From Bacteroidota bacterium (GTDB taxonomy: Bacteria > Bacteroidota > Bacteroidia > Bacteroidales > P3): a DNA stretch of 32,000 bases. Where the stretch lies: the NCBI GenBank assembly GCA_017860275.1, contig JAFNAQ010000002.1, forward strand, positions 25,089 to 57,088, read 5' to 3'. The notes beneath the pieces were generated by a model that ran no database searches, was not told where the DNA came from, and saw only the letters and a list, made by a program, of their open reading frames with translations. The translations under genes and the position numbers were made by a program. Below, one piece after another: positions 27,927 through 32,000 of the stretch (position 1 is the first letter of the stretch; every line of letters begins with the position of its first letter).

Positions 27927-28169
27927 ATGGGACAATTTAGATTAAATGAAAAAAGTAGGAGGTCTATTGAAAAAAAGACTGGACTTACATTTGATGAATT
28001 GATTTCTAAAGATGCAGAGACTATTGATTCTATTATTGAGGATAAGATAGGTAAAAAATTGAAAAATAGATATAAGATTGGTGATTTTGTGGCTCGTGGT
28101 TCTGTTTATATTTTTCTTAAAAGATTAATTAGTAAAAGGGATATTGATTCTGTTTTATCTAAAATATAG
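27927..28169 (+). CDS. Hypothetical small basic protein (80 aa)
   Basis: I prefer ATG 27927 because the track's TTG start at 27903 lies inside the promoter box. The ORF is 5 nt from the next ORF. I recognise no family. Confidence 0.45.
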   Translation: MGQFRLNEKSRRSIEKKTGLTFDELISKDAETIDSIIEDKIGKKLKNRYKIGDFVARGSVYIFLKRLISKRDIDSVLSKI

Positions 28170-28174
28170 ATGTT

Positions 28175-28813
28175 TTGAATAGTCTTCATTCTGATAAAAT
28201 TTCTGATTTATATAATACTTACAATGAGGTTATAAAACCTCTTATTGCGTTGTATGAGGCAAGGGAAGAGGTGTTCCCCATTCCTTTGTTTAATGAGATT
28301 CGGGCTTTTAATGATCATATTGCTCGATGTTTTATACCTAGTTCTTCTGATTATCAAATTGAAAACGAGCTTTTTCGTGCTGAAAGGCATATTAATAGAA
28401 TAGTCTTGGATTGTTATAAGTATCTAAATGTTTCGTTTTATGTGGAGGTTAAGTCTTTTGAAAGTAGAACTAAACATGTGGATTTAACTGTTTTGGATAA
28501 TGGCTTATTTTATCCAAAGTTTTTGGAGCTTAAAAATAATGCTGTCAAATTAATTAGAAGGGCAAAGAAGAATGAATCACTTAAGCTTGATGAATCATTT
28601 AATGATTATCAAAATGCGTATAATGTTTATTCTGAACTTTCTGATTTGATAAATAGTAGGAGTAGTGAGGTTAATTGGGCTCGTGTTAGATTTTCTGTGT
28701 TCACTCTTTTAAAGGTGATGGCTTGGGTTGTTGGTGCTGTTCTTTCTGGTTTAATATCATTGTTTCTTACTTGTGAAGAAGTAAAATCTATTATCATAAA
28801 GATTTTTTATTAG
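28175..28813 (+). CDS. Hypothetical helical protein with a single C-terminal TM anchor (212 aa)
   Basis: TTG start 5 nt after the upstream stop. The C-terminus FSVFTLLKVMAWVVGAVLSGLISLFLT is hydrophobic, and one Rx4H string (RAFNDH) is present. I recognise no family. Confidence 0.5.
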   Translation: MNSLHSDKISDLYNTYNEVIKPLIALYEAREEVFPIPLFNEIRAFNDHIARCFIPSSSDYQIENELFRAERHINRIVLDCYKYLNVSFYVEVKSFESRTKHVDLTVLDNGLFYPKFLELKNNAVKLIRRAKKNESLKLDESFNDYQNAYNVYSELSDLINSRSSEVNWARVRFSVFTLLKVMAWVVGAVLSGLISLFLTCEEVKSIIIKIFY

Positions 28814-28842
28814 TTTTTCTCTAAACTTTTTATTTTGTGTCT

Positions 28843-29027
28843 CTTGATAGAAAAGTAACAAAATATCAAAACTTTTTCTACTTACTTTTACCTTGATGCA
28901 AAAGTAACAAAATATCAAGACCGTATTAAGTGAAAAGTTAAGAGTGATGAGTGAAAAGCAGTGAAAAGCAAGTAAAAAGGTAAAAGCAGGGTAGTGAATA
29001 GTTAAAAGGTAAAAGGTAAAAGTTTTT
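28843..29027. repeat. Mosaic intergenic repeat, right copy B (inverted relative to 10835-10968)
   Basis: It contains two cttgat..atcaag hairpin modules (28844-28869 and 28892-28919). These are followed by 95 bp identical to the reverse complement of 10852-10946. Confidence 0.92.
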
Positions 29028-29083
29028 TTTGAGGATTTACCCTTATTTTTCACTTTTATTTTTTAGTTTTTCACTCTTTAATT

Positions 29084-29254
29084 AAACTCGCCTTTGGCTC
29101 AGACAGTATAAACTTTCTTAACGGTTTTAAGTCTCTTCCTCTTTACGGTAATTTCAAAATGTCATTCTTGGCGATGCCGTGTTTGTTTGTTTATTTGTGT
29201 AATCTGTGAAAATCTGTGGGCAAAAATAAGTTGCGAAGTAACTTCAAACTTTAT
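29084..29254. repeat. Direct repeat L flanking the KilA-N cassette
   Basis: The first 80 bp (aaactcgcctttggctcagacagtataaactttcttaacgg...) match 30418-30497 at 76/80. A looser tail follows with ggcgatgcc, gtaatctgtg..atctgtgggcaaaaa and gttgcgaagtaacttcaaactttat. Confidence 0.9.
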
Positions 29255-29277
29255 TATTATTTACAATTGATTGTTTG

Positions 29278-29346
29278 AAATTTGCACAATGAAATGCCTT
29301 AAATCTGCACAATGAAATATCTAAATTGTGCACAATAGAGTAGATA
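29278..29346. promoter_or_regulatory. Three 23-bp direct repeats with a TGCACAAT core; the third forms the palindrome ATTGTGCACAAT
   Basis: The units are aaatttgcacaatgaaatgcctt, aaatctgcacaatgaaatatcta and aattgtgcacaatagagtagata. The array lies ~130 nt upstream of the KilA-N start. Confidence 0.65.
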
Positions 29347-29441
29347 AAATAAATACATCTTTTCACCAAGTCACTTATTGGTGATATTATAGTAGGAAAT
29401 CATAAAATCAGATAAATCATTGTTCAAGACAAAATAATTAT

Positions 29442-29449
29442 TAGTTTTG
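29442..29449 (+). promoter_or_regulatory. TAnnTTTG -7 box upstream of the KilA-N gene
   Basis: TAGTTTTG lies 25 nt upstream of ATG 29474. Confidence 0.35.
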
Positions 29450-29473
29450 TAGTCTTATTAGAAATTGATTATT

Positions 29474-30289
29474 ATGATGAAAAATAATAAAATAGAAATT
29501 GCAGGATATGAAATTACAATTATTAATCAGAATGACGATGATTTTATTTCGCTTACTGATATGGCAAAAAGCCAAATGCAGGAAGCTATAATTATTAAAT
29601 GGTTAAGTTTAAAGAGCACTATCGAATATATTGGGGAGTGGGAAGCATTATATAATCCTAATTTTAATTATACCGATTTCGGTACAATTAAAAATTATGC
29701 AGGGAGTAATAATTTTGTACTTTCTGTTAAACAATGGATTGAAGGAACAAATGCTATTGGAATTATTGCAAAAGCTGGTAGATATGGAGGAACTTATGCA
29801 CATAAGGATATTGCATTTCATTTTGGAATGTGGATAAGTCCAAAGTTTCAACTGCTTTTAGTAAAAGAATATCAGAGGCTTAAGGCTGATGAAGATGATC
29901 GTCTTAAAATAGAATGGAATTTACAAAGAACACTTTCTAAAGTAAATTATCATATACATACTGATGCTATTAAGGAAAACCTAATTCCTAAAGAAATTAC
30001 TAGTTTTCAAGCAAGTTTTGTTTATGCAAATGAAGCTGATTTGTTAAATGTTGCATTATTTGGTGTTACTGCAAAGCAGTGGCGAGATCAAAATCCAGAC
30101 AAAAATGGTAATATTCGAGATTATGCCTCTTTAGAGAATCTAATAGTACTGAGTAATATGGAAAGTATAAATGCACTGCTTATTCGACAAGGATTGACAC
30201 AAAAAGAAAGACTTATACAACTTAATAAGGTAGCTATTTCTCAGATGAAATCGCTATTAGATAGCAATATAGTCAAGAAATTGAAATAA
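29474..30289 (+). CDS. KilA-N domain-containing DNA-binding protein
   Basis: ISLTDMAK...KWL...GRYGGTYAHKDIAFHFGMWISPKFQLLLVKEYQRLK matches the Bacteroidales KilA-N family. I prefer ATG 29474 over the track's TTG start at 29465. Confidence 0.85.
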   Translation: MMKNNKIEIAGYEITIINQNDDDFISLTDMAKSQMQEAIIIKWLSLKSTIEYIGEWEALYNPNFNYTDFGTIKNYAGSNNFVLSVKQWIEGTNAIGIIAKAGRYGGTYAHKDIAFHFGMWISPKFQLLLVKEYQRLKADEDDRLKIEWNLQRTLSKVNYHIHTDAIKENLIPKEITSFQASFVYANEADLLNVALFGVTAKQWRDQNPDKNGNIRDYASLENLIVLSNMESINALLIRQGLTQKERLIQLNKVAISQMKSLLDSNIVKKLK

Positions 30290-30417
30290 TTTTGCTATCA
30301 CAGAAATTTTAAAATTAAACGTTTCTTCAGCATAACTTTTTTCTTGATAAAAAAGTTACAAAAAATCAAGACTGTTCAAAATTACCTATTCCAGAGTCTG
30401 AAACCCAAAAAGTTTAT

Positions 30418-30600
30418 AAACTCGCCTTTGGCTCAAACAGTATAAACTTTCTTAACGGTTTTAAGCCTCTTCCACTTTACGGTAATTTTAAAATGTCGGT
30501 TTGGGCGATGCCGGGTTTAATTTTAATTTGTTACTTTTAATTTATGTAATTTGTGGAAATCTGGGGGAAAATAAACGTTGTAAGCAACTTCAAACTTTAT
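30418..30600. repeat. Direct repeat R flanking the KilA-N cassette
   Basis: See 29084-29254. The module order is the same, with indels in the tail. Confidence 0.9.
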
Positions 30601-30775
30601 AGGTATCCCTGTATTTGAAACAAAAAATAGTGTTTTTTGCCCTGTAATTGTAACAAATTTTTATATTTGCTTAGATTTTAAATTGTAATTTAAAACTTAC
30701 AATTTACAATTTATAAAAACTTTGCAACGCAAAATCAACTTCATAAAATGAAATCCAACATTTAAAAAAAATATC

Positions 30776-30783
30776 TAACTTTG
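30776..30783 (+). promoter_or_regulatory. TAnnTTTG -7 box upstream of the fucP-like gene
   Basis: TAACTTTG lies 53 nt upstream of ATG 30836. A second box, TATATTTG, is at 30662-30669. Confidence 0.35.
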
Positions 30784-30835
30784 CGAAGCAAAACCCAACG
30801 TTGCTAAGCAACATCAAACTAAATAAAAAAAATCA

Positions 30836-32000
30836 ATGAAAAAATTTACTTTTCCTTTAGTTCTTTTTGTTTTTCTTTTCTTCCTATGGGGGTTTGCTCA
30901 TAGTATTTTGGATGTTTTGAATAAACATTTTCAGGATGTTTTGGTTATTTCTAAGTCTCATTCTGCTTTGGTTCAGGTTGCTGTTTATGGTGGATATTTC
31001 CTTATGGCTATTCCTGCTGGAAGGTTTATTAAGAGATTTTCTTATAAGAGGAGTGTGATTTTTGGACTTATGCTTTTTGCTATCGGTGCTTTTATGTTTG
31101 TTCCTGCTGAAAGGATAATGTCTTTTCCTTATTTTATTGTTTCTTTGTTTGTTATTGGTTGTGGTTTGACTTTTCTTGAGACTGCTTCTAATCCCTATAT
31201 TGTTGCCTTGGGCGATAAGGCTACTGGTGCTAGCAGATTAAGTTTTGCTCAGTCTTTTAATGGTCTTGGTTGGATTTTTGGTCCTATGATTGGTGGACTT
31301 ATGATTTTTAATGCAGATGGTTCTAATGGTAGTGTTGCTTTGCCTTATACTATTATTGGACTTATTGTTTTGATTGTTGCTTTGGTGTTTATGTTTATTA
31401 AATTGCCTAAGATTGAAAGGAATGATATTGATGTTAAGAAAAATGGAGGGATGAGGGTTTTGCTTAAAAATAAACTTTTTGTTTTTGGTGTTATTGCTCA
31501 GTTCTTTTATGTTGGTGCTCAGACTGGCATTAATAGTTTCTTTATCAATTACGTTATCGAATTTGAACCCTCTATTCTTCCTCGTTATGCTGCTCTTATT
31601 CTTTCTTTGGGAGGTATGGGTTTGTTTATGATAGGTAGGATGGTTGGTAGTTTTATTATGAAAAAATATTCTCCTGTTAAACTTCTTAGGTTGGTTGCTA
31701 TTCTTGCTGCTTGTTCAATGATTCTAGTTATTTTCTCTTTTGGATTTGTGTCCATGGTTGCTCTACTGCTTACTTATTTGTTTATGTCTATTATGTTTCC
31801 AACTATTTTTGCATTGTCGATTGGTAATTTGGGTGATAATACTGAGGAGGGTTCTTCTTTACTTGTTATGTCAATTGTTGGAGGTGCTATTGTTCCTCCT
31901 TTGATGGGTGCAATTGGTGAAAATAGTATCGCTCTAGGTTTTATTTTCCCGCTAATAGGGTTTATTGTGGTCTTCTTCTTTGCACGTTTTATGGAAAAAG
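30836..32000 (+). CDS. fucP: L-fucose:H+ symporter-family MFS sugar transporter (3' end off-window)
   Basis: The frame is open from ATG 30836 to the window edge and is absent from the ORF track because it is truncated. FLWGFAHSILDVLNKHFQ...LETASNPY...AQFFYVGAQT resembles the FucP/GluP family. Confidence 0.8.
   Translation, partial: MKKFTFPLVLFVFLFFLWGFAHSILDVLNKHFQDVLVISKSHSALVQVAVYGGYFLMAIPAGRFIKRFSYKRSVIFGLMLFAIGAFMFVPAERIMSFPYFIVSLFVIGCGLTFLETASNPYIVALGDKATGASRLSFAQSFNGLGWIFGPMIGGLMIFNADGSNGSVALPYTIIGLIVLIVALVFMFIKLPKIERNDIDVKKNGGMRVLLKNKLFVFGVIAQFFYVGAQTGINSFFINYVIEFEPSILPRYAALILSLGGMGLFMIGRMVGSFIMKKYSPVKLLRLVAILAACSMILVIFSFGFVSMVALLLTYLFMSIMFPTIFALSIGNLGDNTEEGSSLLVMSIVGGAIVPPLMGAIGENSIALGFIFPLIGFIVVFFFARFMEK

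Noticed and set aside
29033-29211. The conserved 80-bp core of the KilA-N flanking repeats might be protein-coding, since an open frame reads ...KLAFGSDSINFLNGFKSLPLYGNFKMS...
   Set aside because: The frame has no plausible start codon upstream of the conserved part. The downstream continuation is not conserved between the two copies, and only ~4 substitutions are available to judge coding constraint.
5702-29837. Same-strand internal ORFs (5702-5962, 23820-24041, 24848-25030, 25938-26123, 27272-27457, 29631-29837)
   Set aside because: They are out of frame inside longer genes with clear family motifs, and their compositionally odd products are consistent with chance frames in skewed sequence.
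737-29851. The minus-strand ORFs in the track (e.g. 737-931, 1352-1609, 2082-2393, 9036-9413, 10931-11218, 11490-11825, 11841-12275, 27220-27561, 28757-29053)
   Set aside because: All lie antisense to well-supported + strand genes or run through low-complexity repeats. Their products are low-complexity (for example, FPYS repeats from the antisense of the 12-bp microsatellite). They are shadow ORFs.
27586-30835. The cassette-plus-repeat layout might be an integron array with attC sites
   Set aside because: I could not find the R''/L''...L'/R' core sites (RYYYAAC ... GTTRRRY) in the repeats. Each unit carries its own promoter box, which is unlike integron cassettes. No intI gene is visible.

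Overview
This is an AT-rich, Bacteroidota-type chromosomal segment. The taxon call rests on TAnnTTTG promoter boxes, the absence of Shine-Dalgarno sites, and KilA-N, HU-like and Wzx families typical of Bacteroidales-like genomes. All ~30 credible genes are on the + strand, and every minus-strand ORF in the track looks like a shadow ORF. I found no tRNA, rRNA, CRISPR array, transposase or integrase. Left block: pyrB-pyrI and an EamA-like permease. These are followed by an ECA-like dTDP-4-amino-4,6-dideoxyhexose module (rmlA, rmlB, wzx, DegT-type aminotransferase, WbqC-like, WecF-like GT), an AlbA_2/HATPase_c_4/wHTH protein with a 12-bp x6 in-frame repeat, and a TviB/WbpO-type sugar dehydrogenase. 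Centre: a stack of decayed 3' ends of that dehydrogenase (161-bp period) and a 4-TM protein plus stand-alone ComEC-like MBL hydrolase pair. Next come a very AT-rich wzx/acetyltransferase/wzy block, a 90-aa acidic protein, and two tandem HU-like paralogues behind four phased palindromes. Right block: GT4, ugd, GT2, aminotransferase, CapD-like dehydratase, PglC/WcfS-like initiating transferase and manC. These are followed by two cassette-like units (an 80-aa plus 212-aa tail-anchored pair, and a KilA-N protein), each bracketed by mosaic intergenic repeats, and then a truncated fucP-like gene. Four signals stand out. (1) The remnant stack looks like a record of serial cassette replacement. (2) Strand compositional skew reverses abruptly at ~12.3-12.9 kb with no change in gene orientation. 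(3) Perfect or near-perfect inverted repeats 18 kb apart bracket the second polysaccharide locus. (4) Several unassigned two-gene modules (4-TM + MBL, small + tail-anchored) sit in junction positions and are candidate conflict systems. All functional calls come from reading motifs by eye; no database search was possible.
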